Assembly: GCA_043228905.1 (NCBI GenBank)
Contig: JBHGNT010000003.1
Coordinates: 25,482,001 to 25,546,000, forward strand
DNA: 64,000 nucleotides
Direction of reading: 5' to 3'
Source: Azolla caroliniana
Taxonomy: Eukaryota > Plantae > Polypodiophyta
The position numbers and the translations under genes are program-made. Each line of letters starts with the position of its first letter. Position 1 is the first letter of the stretch. Positions 1 to 13,176 of this stretch are shown in pieces. The notes beneath the pieces are model-generated. The model saw only the letters and a program-made list of their open reading frames with translations, did no database searches and had not been told where the DNA came from.

Positions 1-229
1 GCTAATATAGTTATTTTTTTTAATGCAAACATTGACATCAAATAAAAGAAAAAGTAACATAAAATTACGAAAGATAGTGACAAAATAAGTTATAGAAAAT
101 TAGGATATAAAAACAACAACACGATTTGACCAAAACTTCAGAGTTAATTGTAATTTCCCAAAACTACATGAGAGCATCAACTTTGGTTGTTTACACATTT
201 ATTACAAAGGAAATTTGTTGGAAACAAAC

Positions 230-2228
230 CTTAACAAGAGGAGGACCTGCAAGGAAAATTGTCCCATTTCCTTTCACAATCACACTTTCATCTGCCATAG
301 CGGGAACATAGGCTCCTCCTGCGGTGCAAGATCCCAAGACCAATGCTATTTGTGGAATCCCAGATTCTGACATCCGAGCCTGATTATAGAAGATCCTCCC
401 AAAATGATCTCTATCAGGAAATACCTCTGCTTGCCGAGGTAGGTTTGCACCACCACTATCAACGAGGTATATACAAGGAAGGTTGCATTGAGCAGCGATT
501 TCTTGGGCTCGAAGATGTTTTTTAACTGTAATTGGGTAATATGTACCACCTTTCACAGTTGAATCATTTGCCACCAGCATGCAAAGTTTTTCATGAATCA
601 AACCTATCCCTGTTACAATGCCTCCAGATGGCAGCGACTCGTCGTACAATTGATGTCCAGCAAGCTTTTTCCAATGTCAAAAAGCATATAATGTTTTCTT
701 TCACTTGATATTCGTAAAAACATGGATCAAATTAAATAAAGGACAAAATTCCAAAACGCCCCTAAATTTTTGGATATTTATGAGAATACCTCTTGCACTT
801 CAAAATTCTATTCCTATATAGGGATATTCTGGTATCTTTTTAGTATTGTTAATGTCCAAAACGTTAGGGATATTTAGGGGTTTTCTTTGCCCTTGAATCA
901 ATGCATATAATAACTTGCAGAAAATACTGCATGCATAGGATTCGTGCCAGTAAATAATGGAGGTTAAACCACTGAACAAAACCATAAATAGGAGGCATAA
1001 GTTCCTCTTAGTTACCTGAGATAGCTCCAAAAAAGGTGAAGAAGGATCCAGAAGATGATTAATGCGCTCCCGGGGCAAGAGTTTGTTCCTTGCTCTATGT
1101 CTTTCTACGGTTTTACTACCCCCTCCTTCAAGTGCCTGAAAAATCATAAACAACATGGGTGTGAAGCATTTACACAAGTTCCTCATGATAAGGTATAAGA
1201 TTTACTCTTTCAAGGCTTCATTTTACTAGAGTCTGGTCTCAAATATATACTTTGAAAATATGAACTTCACTTAAGAGTTATATCAAAGGACATATTCATT
1301 AAAGTTTGAATCTTCAGATGTTCAAATTTGCTTCAGGATTGCACAATCAACTTAAAATGCAATGGACGAACCAGCCATTTGATTGATCTTGAAACATTTA
1401 TATCCTATTTCAGTATCCAGTTACAATCAACTTTAGCAATGAGTGCATAACAAGGAAACATATAGAGGCAGATATTTGTTGCACATCTATTTTTGCATGC
1501 TTTTGCTTATCTTTTATGATCAAGACTTTGGAAATATTTATACACTGTCTTTTGCCCCAAAAAATCCATGCACATAGACTAAAAATCAACAAGCGATGTT
1601 TGCAGAAAATAGGCTGATATGAAGTTCTTTATCATTGGTTCTATGGGATATAAATCCCAATCTCCAATATATTTATATCATTGGTTTTGTAGGATGTAAA
1701 TCCCAAGCTCAAATTTTAAGTGAGGACTCACAATGTTCAGGAAACGGATTACAGTGTAACTTGCACTTGCATTATTCTAACACCAACATTAAAAAAATTT
1801 ATTTGATCAAATAAATAACCCCTAAAACTATGACATTTGAATCCTTCGCATATTAAGATGTTTGTGAATACATCAATTTTATGACAGAATCCTTCCTTTT
1901 TGAAACCCAACACAATAAAACAATTTAATTAGATAAAAAAAAGAGTGGAAGATTGCTCTACCTTATCAATATGTCGGTGCAGCTCGGCAACAAGATCAGC
2001 CATAGATCTACGATTAGCCTCGAAACTCTCACTCGAGATGTCGATAGAATCACCAAGGACGTTGAGGTCTTGATCCAACGTGGTGGACAAAGATCGATTC
2101 TGGTAGCACAAATCCACAGCATCATTGATGAAGGACCAAGGGAGTGTGGCAGCTAACTCGCGAGGCCCTCCTGTTCTTCTCCTTCTGGAAGGTGCCATTA
2201 CTCCTCGACAAGCTCTCCATAACACCAT
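230..2228 (-). CDS. MCCB: 3-methylcrotonyl-CoA carboxylase beta subunit, mitochondrial (5' part; gene continues past the left edge)
   Basis: Exons 2228-1962, 1135-1016 and 664-230, all phase 0 with GT-AG boundaries. Arg-rich presequence [18 protein letters not shown]. Carboxyltransferase motifs [60 protein letters not shown] and [16 protein letters not shown]. Confidence 0.95.
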
Positions 2229-2554
2229 CCTCCTCTGTTCTGCAGTATGTACTTCTTCTATGTCTCTCTGTATTGTCTGCAGTATGTAATTCACATATTG
2301 ACTGTAGAGTTCTATTTATACATGTCTTACTGCTGGCGTGGCAGTTGGCATAGGGATAAACAGTCCACGTAGGATTTGCTTTTAAAAGCTTTTTGGTGTT
2401 AACTTAAAGAGGAGATATGGTCACCTCATGCTTTTGGCTCTCCTCACACACTTCCTTGTTTTCGCCACTGGTTCAAGTCTCATCGGCTCCGGCTGCTTTT
2501 TACTTGAATAGGCGATTCTCTGTGACCTGACCTGAGCCGCCAAGGTTCGTTCAT

Positions 2555-2782
2555 CTCACTCGAGGACATATGCAACTCTTGCCATGCTAGAACGATAATG
2601 CCACCACCAAACACACTTTCCAGAGTGCCATGTATCGAAGTAATGGTTATTTGATACCGTTGTCCTCGCGGATCGACTCACTCGAGGACATGTGACTCTT
2701 GCCATGCTAGAATGATAATGCCACCAAACGCAATTCCAAAGCGCCTCGTATCAAATTAATGGTTATCTAATACAATTGTCCC
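2555..2782. repeat. Two-copy ~122-bp diverged tandem repeat upstream of MCCB
   Basis: ctcactcgaggacat...ctcttgccatgctagaa.gataatgccacca starts at 2555 and again at 2677. Confidence 0.85.
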
Positions 2783-5409
2783 TCTGACCCTCTTTGTACA
2801 AAAGATGAGGGTTCTGAGATAATAGAAGCTGATGGAGAGGTGACATGTTAGAAACTATAGACATTCATGATCCCCTAACTTTATAACGATTAAGGATAAC
2901 TAGTAACCAAACTACAATGAGCATGGAGAATGTACCCAAGATGGCGGCATACACTCCATATTGAACAACATTCCGGTTTTAAAAGAAATAAGCCAAGTGG
3001 CTATTATAGTGGAGTGCCAAAAGGTTCGACTTTCGACAATCCACAAAACTGTATATACTTCATTGGTTCATTGAAATTCATGAAATATGCCACTCACATA
3101 AGAATCCATCAACCTCAAGGAAGGTACATTCAACTAATATTCTTATGCTATTTTGGGAGTTATTTTCAGAACATGTGAAGACAATAGTAACAAAGGAAAG
3201 GAAGAGAGGTGAAAGGGAGAAAGTTCAAATTGAAATTAAGTCACAAGAAATGAAAGGGACAACTTGGAATGTGCATGAAAATTTTTCATTGGTTTAAAAT
3301 TGTTGAGTCATGGGAATATATAATTCAAAATCATTAGGATGTTTTATGTGTATTGAACATAAGGAACATTGGTTCTGCAATTTATGCTACAAGATATACT
3401 AATTAAATGCAAGGATAAATCAAGAGGCATATTTAAGGGTTGCTTTGTTTGTAACAGGCTCATATTAGCCACAAGTTTTTAGAGATACTTTTGGTTGATA
3501 TACTATTACTGAGATGTTGTATAATGAGGAACTATTGCAAGTAGCAAGGGTATGTATGCACCAAATGTTGCCAATGAAAGAAGATCATTGTGGCAAACAT
3601 TGCTCTTTAGTCTTAGAGAAAATTATTGATGGGGGAATTTCAGTGCTACTTATGCTAGAGCATTCTATCTTTCTCTCTCTCAAAAACTTGAGAAACCTTT
3701 AACTCTAAACTTATAAATATGGAACTACAAAGAAAATACATGCAAACATATTTAACCACCACAACCCACAATTATATGGTTAAAAAGGATATTTGATAGT
3801 AAATACCTTTTTAGAAACAATCATATTGTGTTTCATCTTTTGTTTGATAACTTATTGTGAGAAACATCTCTATATATACATGATTCATCTATTGCTCATC
3901 CATGTGAACCATGCCATGCTCATCAAATGATTGATTATTGGTCATTAGCACTCATTGCTTTTGTGATATAACTTTGGATTGTCTATGTTGTGCATTGTAA
4001 ATACTTCACATTAATAAATGAATGCATGTCAGTGGCATACAACTGTTACATATATATATATATATACATGTGCAGCAATTACATGTACAAGTAGCTTTTC
4101 CCGAGTGAGTGTTCATAGTTATGGGTCAATTAGAAAATATAATTTAGATAGACAATTCATCTCTTATATTTACCATTGTTCTTATGGATGAGTAAATTGT
4201 CCCATGTGCTTTCTCATTCTATTACACCACAATTCACACAATACTACCATGTTACTTAAATGCTTCCTCAACTTCATAGGCCATACACCAGCATTTCCTC
4301 ATGTTTTCTACACAAAATTAGAATTGATTACAGAAACAAATCTATTGAAGTTTAATGTTCAAAGTACATTCAACATGGAGAAGAGACAGTACTAATCTAA
4401 CCATTTCTTCATTTTCTACGTTTATATTAAACAATAAAATGAATGAAAAAGAATTAAAACGATGCGACACAAAATATCTTTAATCAATCTGCAAATTAAA
4501 ACTTAAAACAGTTCTTGGAGCACAGGCATACAATATTTGAATATTGGATAACTTTGTTGACAGCACCCTCTCTATAATAGATTGGAGTTTTGACATTTTC
4601 TGCAGTTTCCCAGTAGTTGCATTGCTACACTGGAAATAATTATAGAAAAGCAGTGTTATGGATATATGAAGATCTAATGGTATTCAATGCAACTACAAAT
4701 GACATCAGTAAACACCTTTCAACCACAAGGAAGACTGTCATTTAGCATTCCATTATAGAGAATCAATCCTTTCAAAGTGTTGCTTCTACTAGAAATACTC
4801 AATATTGGTCTAGAGAGTCAATCCTCCCAAAGATTTGCTTCTAGTAGAAAATTGACAATGACAAAGCTATGATACAGAACAAAACTTGCAAATAAGAGAG
4901 GTTCCATGGTTGAATGGTAACTCAACTTTGGTATATCCATCTTTGGTAACATCTCGACTAAAATATCTGTAAGAATAGTGGGTACGGGAATTATCCTGCT
5001 GTAGCACTTGTTGATTGTCAATAAAGAGGCAACTCTATCATTTGTGCACAAATGATGAAGGTTAGGGTAATTACTACCTAAGCTTTCTTGCTAGAAAATC
5101 ACATGATATATTATTAAAATTTGAGCCCAATTCAATTTCAAGCAACATAAATATGCCGACTTTAATTTTTATATATGGTCAAAGCTGCAGTGAGTAAATA
5201 AAGGCAATGCATCAATTATGAAAACTAAGTAATAACATAGGTAATACCATAAACGGAATGGAAATAACTTCAAAGTAAAGGAAACATAAGCAACAGAACA
5301 AAAAAAACATAAAACGGAAAGCAAATAGCACCAAGAATAAAGAACCATTGAGAACTTTCCCACCATACTTGTGTTGTGTTGTATATGGAACCAACCTACA
5401 GCTCCTAGG

Positions 5410-8400
5410 TCAAGATGCCTGCTGTGGATAATTTCCATATCCAGGATAACCTGAATAAGCATAGGCAGGACCTTCTTGTCCTGGATGGCCATAGCTGTAT
5501 CCTTCAAAGCCTTGTCCATAACCATAATAACCAACATTCACTTGATTTGGATCAGGTTGTGGCTGTCCCCAAGCACCTTCCTGTCTCTGCATTAAAACAG
5601 CCCATCAGATGAAACATTCAACAGAAAAATATAGGGCTCCAACATGAGTTTTTGAATGTGCAAAAAAACCTGTTTGTTAGCTGGGCTTCTTCCCCATGAC
5701 AGGCGTACAGATTGCTGCCCAATTACTGATCCATGAAGCTTTTGTATTGCTTCCTCAGCAGAAGATCTGAAGACAAGTGGGATAAAAAGTCATTACTTAG
5801 CAAAACTATCATGATATAGCAATGCCTTTGACCAAAGAAAGCATAGATGAAGAAACAGCATGTAAAGACTTTGGCAAAGTGGGGAAAGCCTTTTATGCAA
5901 TTTGTGATATATCAACACCTTCCAACTAAAGATGAGAACAGATAACAATTATCAACAAGGTCTTTCTGTATAAAAAGGGTGCCTTTCTATACATAATGTG
6001 ATATGCTCACATTAGCAAATACGAGAATAAATAGATGAAGAAAAGAACAAAACGAGACTAATACCTGTGTGCGAATTGCACAAAACCACAACCCTTTCCA
6101 GCAGGAATCTTAACCGACACCAACTCTCCAAATTGAGAGAAAACTTGGCGAAGATCTTGGTCAGATGCATTTGGATCTAGTCCACCAACAAAAACCTGTT
6201 AAAAGAATCTGAGCGTTAATTGACTATCCACATGAACTCAATGTTGGAGAAATATCCTACAGAAGCCTTACTGTAGTGTTGTTGGGGTCATTGTCTGTAT
6301 TAAAACCTTGTGCAGGAGCTCCGCCATAAGCTAAAATATAAGATATAAGGCATCACTTAAGTTTTAGCATCTATACATGAGGGCAAAAGCAAAATATTCT
6401 TGTTAAGAACAACCCATAAGGAGATGAAACTTTATCAATCCAACTCACAAGCAGCTCCCATGCTTTTAGGGGAAAACTTTAAGCAACTCCAAAAGAATAC
6501 AATAAAAACATTTTAACCTCCTAAATACAAGAAGATAACTGGAAAAGATATCATGAATTCCATATGTGAGGAAAAGTGTCATGCGTACGCTACGGAACCA
6601 GATTTAATGCACCGAGCACTGACCTAAGACAGAGGCCATCAACTAAACATCAGGATCCTTTCCTGTTGAAGTGTTGTGATGAGGAGCCCCTTATGAGAAG
6701 AGAGCCTCTTGACCTCCTGCTTTAAGACAACATTAGCCTTATAAGCCTTAAATACCTGTTTACTTTGATACTTTGCCCAAGTTCATAAAACTTGGCTTAG
6801 AGAGCATCAAAAGCTGTGAACGGGAAAAATAGCTAATAAACTTTTAACCAAAGGAATCTAAAAACACAACTACAAAAGTACGATAAATTGTGCTCAGAAA
6901 TCTTTGCTAAAGAAAGCTCTAGTAGATCATGAACTGTTAAAGGCCTAGGTACCAAAATAATTCTTAGGATTTCAATCTCTGAATCGCTATAGAAGCTTTT
7001 TTGTTCCTATGACTAATATCCTTGCGGCAACCTCTTAAAAATTCTACTGAATCTTGATATCTGCTTTACATGCCATAACCTCCCTCAAATTTGTTCACAT
7101 ACACTCGAAGAATAGTGCTCAGAAATCTTTACTAAAGAAAGCTCTAGTAGATCTGTGAATCATGAACTTACTCCAATCTTAAAGACCTAGGGTATCAAAA
7201 GAGTTATTTGGATATAAGTGTCTCAATCACCAAAGCAACTTTTTTGCTTCTACGATTCATATCCTTGGGGCAAACTCTTCAAAATTCTACTGAAACATGA
7301 TAACTGCATTTACATGCCATAACATTCCCAAAATTTGCTCACATACACTCCAGGAATTGGTTCTCAAAAAAACATGAAATTAGTCTCTCCATCAGTCAAC
7401 ATTTGAATACATAAGACCCAAATTAACACAAGCAAAGTGTTTTCGTCATTAATCAATGTTTCTATCCTTAAAACACAGTAGCAGCACAGTGGTAGGTAAA
7501 TTGACTACATCTGAATCCTTTAAATACAGATTAACAAGACAAGTATACTTTAAAAAATATCACAAAAAAACAGAACAAACAATTTTACTGTGACTACCTT
7601 TGGTATTACTGTATGGCTGTGCTATTCCCATAGCTTTTTTTGGCGTTGCCACGCTAATTCGCATGGGTCGACTAGAGCAATAAACACCATTCATCTCTGA
7701 CATGGCATGCGTTTTTTCATTCTCATCACCAAAGCGGACAAATCCATATCCTTTCGAACGACCAGTGATTGTATCCATTACAACTTTAGCACCCTTAACT
7801 GAGGAGTACCGAGACCTAAAAGTTTCTTGGAGAACATAATCTGTAACATCTGGGGCAAGATCACCAACAAAGATGGTATGATCTTGGTTACCATCACTTC
7901 TTCGATCCGACATACCAAATGCAGCCCAATTCAATCGGAAAGGCTGTTCGGTTTGAGGCATGATGGCTCCACTGAATGCTTGCAATGCTCTCTCAGCCGC
8001 CCCATGGGAATTGAATTCAATAAACCCATATCCTTCAGAGGCCATGCTCTGTTTATTTCGAATTATCTTGACACTTATAACCTAAATATAAATAAAAATA
8101 GTTAAGCCCACCAGAACAAGTTCATTCTACTTGCATTGCTGATTAACCATGTAAAAGGAAGTTCACGCCATCAGAGGTACACAGACTCGTCCCCTGACAG
8201 CGAAGGATTTATTTAACTAATGACTACAAATTAATAAGATGCTTGTGGAAGGTCACTTTATCAAACCAGATGTTTTACATTCAAGTAAATAAAAGAGTGG
8301 ACTAACACTTTCTCAAATCAGACAGTAAACATTGAAATAAAATCATAATTAATGCAGAGAAGAAACAACAATAAATCAAATAATATGGAAAAAAAATCAA

Positions 8401-10050
8401 GATCAGCATTTAAGTAAATTCTGGCATTAACGATTGACTTTCTCAACTGAAACATTTATATATTCAACATTATTTGTGAATCTTTTAAGGAAGCCATAAA
8501 TAAACAAGGACGCGTCCACTACCAGAAAAACAAAGATCAGCACAAATGACTGTACAGTATAACACATCAGGTTGCTACAAAAAGAATAATAAGCCCAACA
8601 GTAGACAAAATGGTAATCAGCAAAATGACGAAACATATACAACAAAAAATACAATATGTGTCCTATAAATATAATTCTCAGTGATGATTCTTAAGGCTAT
8701 TGAAACCATAGCTTCTTGTTAACTATTTCCGACATGACCAAAAGTATAAAAAGCTGTAGGGAGAGGCTCAAAAATCCATTTGGAATAAAAGCTAGCAAAT
8801 AGAGAACATAAGCACCAGAGTAGAACACCAATAACCTACAACCCAATAGCCATATTTTGTATATCCATATATCTACGATGTGTGATATCTTATTCATTTT
8901 GATGAAAGCATAATAACAGAAATATCCAGAGAAAGAGAAGCAAAATCCACACTGGCATAAGATAACTTATCATTGACCATGTCCTGTTACATGAACATAA
9001 ATAGAACAACCAATATCCTGAACACCCAAATAACACATTGATCATGTGGAAGACGACATTTGATATATCAAAAGCCACATTAAGAATATACTAGAGCAAC
9101 ATTTTAGCATATATAATGACATATTTGTAGCACAACAGACATTGCTAGCATACAATAGACAGAACCAAAATAAGGAATGAAAGGAAGCAAAAAAACTACA
9201 TTTGACACATAGGAGTCTCTGTTAGAGACAACAATGGGCACATAAGACCATGTTAAGTTTTAGAAAATGTAACATTAAGCATTAAAATACAATGTTTGGG
9301 CATATAAAATATAACATTAGGTATATAAAAAACACATTTGGACTTATAAGACTGCATTTCGGAACCATATTCAGGACATGAAATGCAACGTGTTGCCAGC
9401 AAACTCAACGTACAATCCCTATCCCTATCCCTATCTAAGAATGAAAATTGAAGTAAAACAATACAAGTGGAAAACCACATGAAGCATATAAAATATCAGG
9501 GTGGACATTTGGAATATAGAAGACTACATTAAGCATTTGACATAATAACTTCGGATTGGGCATACAAAAGACCACATTAGACAAAAATAAATACCAAATT
9601 TGAGCACATATGAGACCACATCAAAGGACATGCGAGACAGCCGTTGGCATATAAAACAACATAAAGGCTTTAAATTATATGGATGCATAAAGGATAACCC
9701 TACTTAAATACAAAATACAAGAAGAAGAAGAACACAAACGAAAACCAGGACAGGTAAATTAAAAAAGAACAATTGCAGCTTACTTCTCCAGTGTGAACAA
9801 AACAGCCGTAGACGTAATTCTCATCCATCCAATACTGTAGATCCCCAATCCATAGTGTTCTAACATCTCCAGGACTCTGAGAAGACGAAGATGAAGAAGA
9901 AAGCTCAGTTGACTGCGCCATATACTGTTGCTGTTGCTGTTGTTGCTGCTGCAGTTGTTGTTGTTGTTGTTGAGACATGACAACCCACTGTTGTTGACCT
10001 TGATTCTGTTGTGAAGGTTCGTTAGATATTGTGGGCGATTGTTGCATCAT
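5410..10050 (-). CDS. RBP45: Polyadenylate/oligouridylate-binding protein of the RBP45/RBP47 family (three RRMs, poly-Q N-terminus)
   Basis: Exons 10050-9784, 8081-7598, 6330-6272, 6195-6065, 5766-5670 and 5586-5410 with consistent phases. Motifs RTLWIGDLQYWMDENY, EGYGFIEF, IFVGDLAPDVTD, RSKGYGFVRF, DNDPNNTTVFVGGLD, GKGCGFVQF and RLSWGRSPANKQ, then a Gly/Tyr-rich C-terminus. Confidence 0.95.
6890..7350. repeat. Two-copy ~226-bp tandem duplication in RBP45 intron 2
   Basis: gtgctcagaaatcttt.ctaaagaaagctctagtagatc at ~6890 and ~7115. Both copies end with aaatttg.tcacatacactc. Confidence 0.85.
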
Positions 10051-10194
10051 ACTTCTTCTTCTTCTTCTTCTTCTTCAAATGTGAGTTTATGTCTGTGAGT
10101 TCGTGAAGGTGGGTATATGAGCGTGTGTAAGAGAACAGTGACAGAGACAGACAGACAGAGAAACGAGATAGAGGATTCAACGAGAACCCACACT

Positions 10195-10195
<1 letters not shown>

Positions 10196-10228
<33 letters not shown>
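10196..10228. repeat. (GA)n microsatellite in the RBP45 5' UTR/TSS region
   Basis: Pure AG dinucleotide run. Confidence 0.95.
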
Positions 10229-10232
<4 letters not shown>

Positions 10233-10569
10233 AGCTTTTTGCAAACCCTAGAAATCTTCAGAGTACAATAATAGCGCTACAGTAGACGTCCTCTGTTTTT
10301 TTTCCTATACCATACTATAGAAGTATGAACTATACGTACATACGCATTCGCGAATGTTTCAACCATTCGAGTATGGTAGACACCCTCGAAGTATGGTGTA
10401 CTTTTGTATTCATTATTTACGTATTATAAGGTAAGTGTTTTTTTAATGTAAGAAAATTAAGGTAAATTTTGTAATTTAAAAAAAAAAACATAAGAATGTT
10501 TTGATAACATGCGTATGAAAAAGAATGTTAGCCAATGCATTCGAGTATATTACGTACTACGTACTATAC

Positions 10570-11032
10570 TGTTAGAGACTAGAGTTATGTTCTAAAGTAA
10601 GCATATGATAAGGATAACAAAGATAGATTAATAAGAAAGGAGAGAGAGAAATAAGGGAAGATCCACCCGACCACCCACAAGCGAAGGGATCGAGACGGAC
10701 TCAAGCCTCGATCGGCGTCCGATACCATTGCCATGGCGTCGAGTCATACCTGGTGCTGGCACGCTCGCTACAAGAGTTGACCCCACCACAAGAACGGAGT
10801 CTTTACGTAGTCAAGAGATGATAAAATGAGGGTAGCTAGGCCTCATATTTATGGCCAAACCCAAGGCCCCCATGCAAGTTCACACTTGGCCTAATGGGTT
10901 GTCCCAATCCCAAGGATTAAAAGTAATCATTTCCTTCTTTACACTCTTGTTCAACCCTCACACTTTATCTACATGTATAGAATACTACGGTACCTTCTCA
11001 CCACGGGATATTATATGGTTATGCCCATAACA
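10570..11032. mobile_element. Solo LTR of an LTR retrotransposon (~463 bp)
   Basis: Termini TGTTA...TAACA form a 5-bp inverted repeat. The flanks tatac and catac match at 4 of 5 positions, consistent with a TSD. The interior is more GC-rich than the flanks and has no internal ORF. Confidence 0.65.
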
Positions 11033-11189
11033 CATACTATACTATACAATACAATACTACATTATACATATATGCTATATAGCATATACCTATGTATGTA
11101 TGTAATAATGTATGTATGTATACTACCTTATCATACATGCGTACATACATGCATGCATGCATTCTGAAACCAACATCGCACAACGGCTT

Positions 11190-11960
11190 TCAGTTAGTAT
11201 CGAGGTTCATTACTTCGCCCAAATGCCTCCCTCTACTTCCAACGGTTGAATCTTGGTCGATTTTTACGTTCTGAAAATATGTCTCCCCAGTTGCCTTTCC
11301 TGCAAGTAGATGTTGTCTCATCCAAAAAAAATTAAAACTCTCTCTAACCCATTGGTTTCCAAGAGTTTTATTATTGTCAAAAACATTCACACACGAGTCA
11401 AGCGTCTACCTTACAAACATGTGTGCCTCGATGTTTTAGCTCTTAGACCCCTCCTATTATGATGGTGATGACCTTCCCTACAAAAGATGTCTCGAGGACT
11501 AAACTTTCAAAAACCGTCAAATGCCTAATGAATCCAAAAGCTTTGGTATAGAATTTGTCTTCCAAGGCTTCATAAGATCCAAAGCTTCCAAACCTCTGAC
11601 ATAAAATACAAAGCATTTGGCTTCCCATAGTGTCATCATGTCCAACTCCCTAAGGTGTCTTAAGATCCCACCTTTTGAAATTGGCAAAGTCGACATAACT
11701 ATTAACGACTTCCATCTAAGATATATCCACATATGTTAATTTTATCCCAATAAACATTATCATATAAGAGTGAATTTGAGCCCATGCATGCCCTTTCAAA
11801 AGTACCCACTTGACCATCCATCAAGGTTGAGAGATTTAACAAAGCAAAGAAACCTTCATATATTCATGATGTTCGCTAATCATAAGTCCCTTTGTCTTTT
11901 CTTCGTGAGAAAGAAACCTTCATATATTCAACATTTTTGTTTAGACAATTCATGATGAGG
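11190..11960 (-). mobile_element. Degenerate non-LTR (L1-like) retrotransposon ORF2 fragment
   Basis: The minus-strand peptide ...VMSTLPISKGGILRHL resembles the post-RT 'CLPKxxGGLG' motif of plant L1 elements. The frame is broken by stops and frameshifts. Confidence 0.5.
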
Positions 11961-13176
11961 AAAACTACAGCAAACTCAAAAAGTAGACTATAAATTATGT
12001 TGGTGAATCGTTCATACATTAACTCATTACCATTGTAATCTCAATATATAGAAATGAATTAAGTTCACAAACAAATAAAATAGAATACAACCTTATAAAT
12101 TGCAACAATGCAATTATACATTAATCACAATTACAAAATAGCACATGGGTTATTGACCAATGCCACATTACATATTATCATGTCACTTTAGTACATATTA
12201 TCATGTCCTATTCCTATGGTTCACTAATCATAACAAACTTCACCATCATTTTTGAGCTAGTTCAAATCTCAAAGGGCTCTAGACATTGGCTCGCAATCAA
12301 GTGCTGCACATCCAAAGAACAAGATATGTATTAAACTAACCAATGAACAAAAATGCTTCAAGGCCAGCTATATTCATTGTATCCTCCACCAAGCATGCAT
12401 TTCCATCAGTTATTCATAATCTAGGCCGTGTTTCCTAGTAAATGTATGTGTATTTACACACATGGATGTGGATAGATTTAGGTGTCTACATATATGTAGA
12501 CTGTATACATTATGTATATGGAAAGTTACATATGTGGAGATGTATATTCATATTAGGGACAGGGATATGCTGATGCATAGGTTAGTGTCTTATGTGTATG
12601 TGGACATATATATATATATATGCATATAAGCTGCATCATCTTAAAGTAAATGCCACTGTGAAATTGTGAGGGCTTACTTACAAGACCTTAAATATCCTTT
12701 TTACAGAAATCATCGGAATACTGCCTTGAAGCAGAACTCTCTGATCATCCGAGACAAATATTTACCGGTTCCAAGAAGGTAGCCAACAAATTACATATCC
12801 CTCCCACACATACAAACACTCAAACAATCAATGACTTCTTGCTGTCTTTCCCTCTACTCTTTTAGTATGAAGATAATCATTCACCAGAGTAAAAAAACTT
12901 TGTCCAAGGTCTTATGGATTACAAAAGGATTACATATAGAAAACATATAATGATGATGATGATAGTGATGAAGATATGCAACCACAATTGATTGCACACA
13001 CAAACATGCCATATGATGTGTTACGTATGATTTTCTTTTTCAACCGAATGCATCTTTCTGTATCATTTCATCTGAACTCCATCTTGGTTGATACTTAACC
13101 TTGTTAGAATCTCATAATGTTTCTGATGCCCATGATGTTTATGATGACGACGATGACGATAATGTTGATCTATTCT

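Noticed and set aside
2900-3700. Possible transposase or Ulp1-like relic between MCCB and RBP45
   Set aside because: No diagnostic motif could be recognised by eye.
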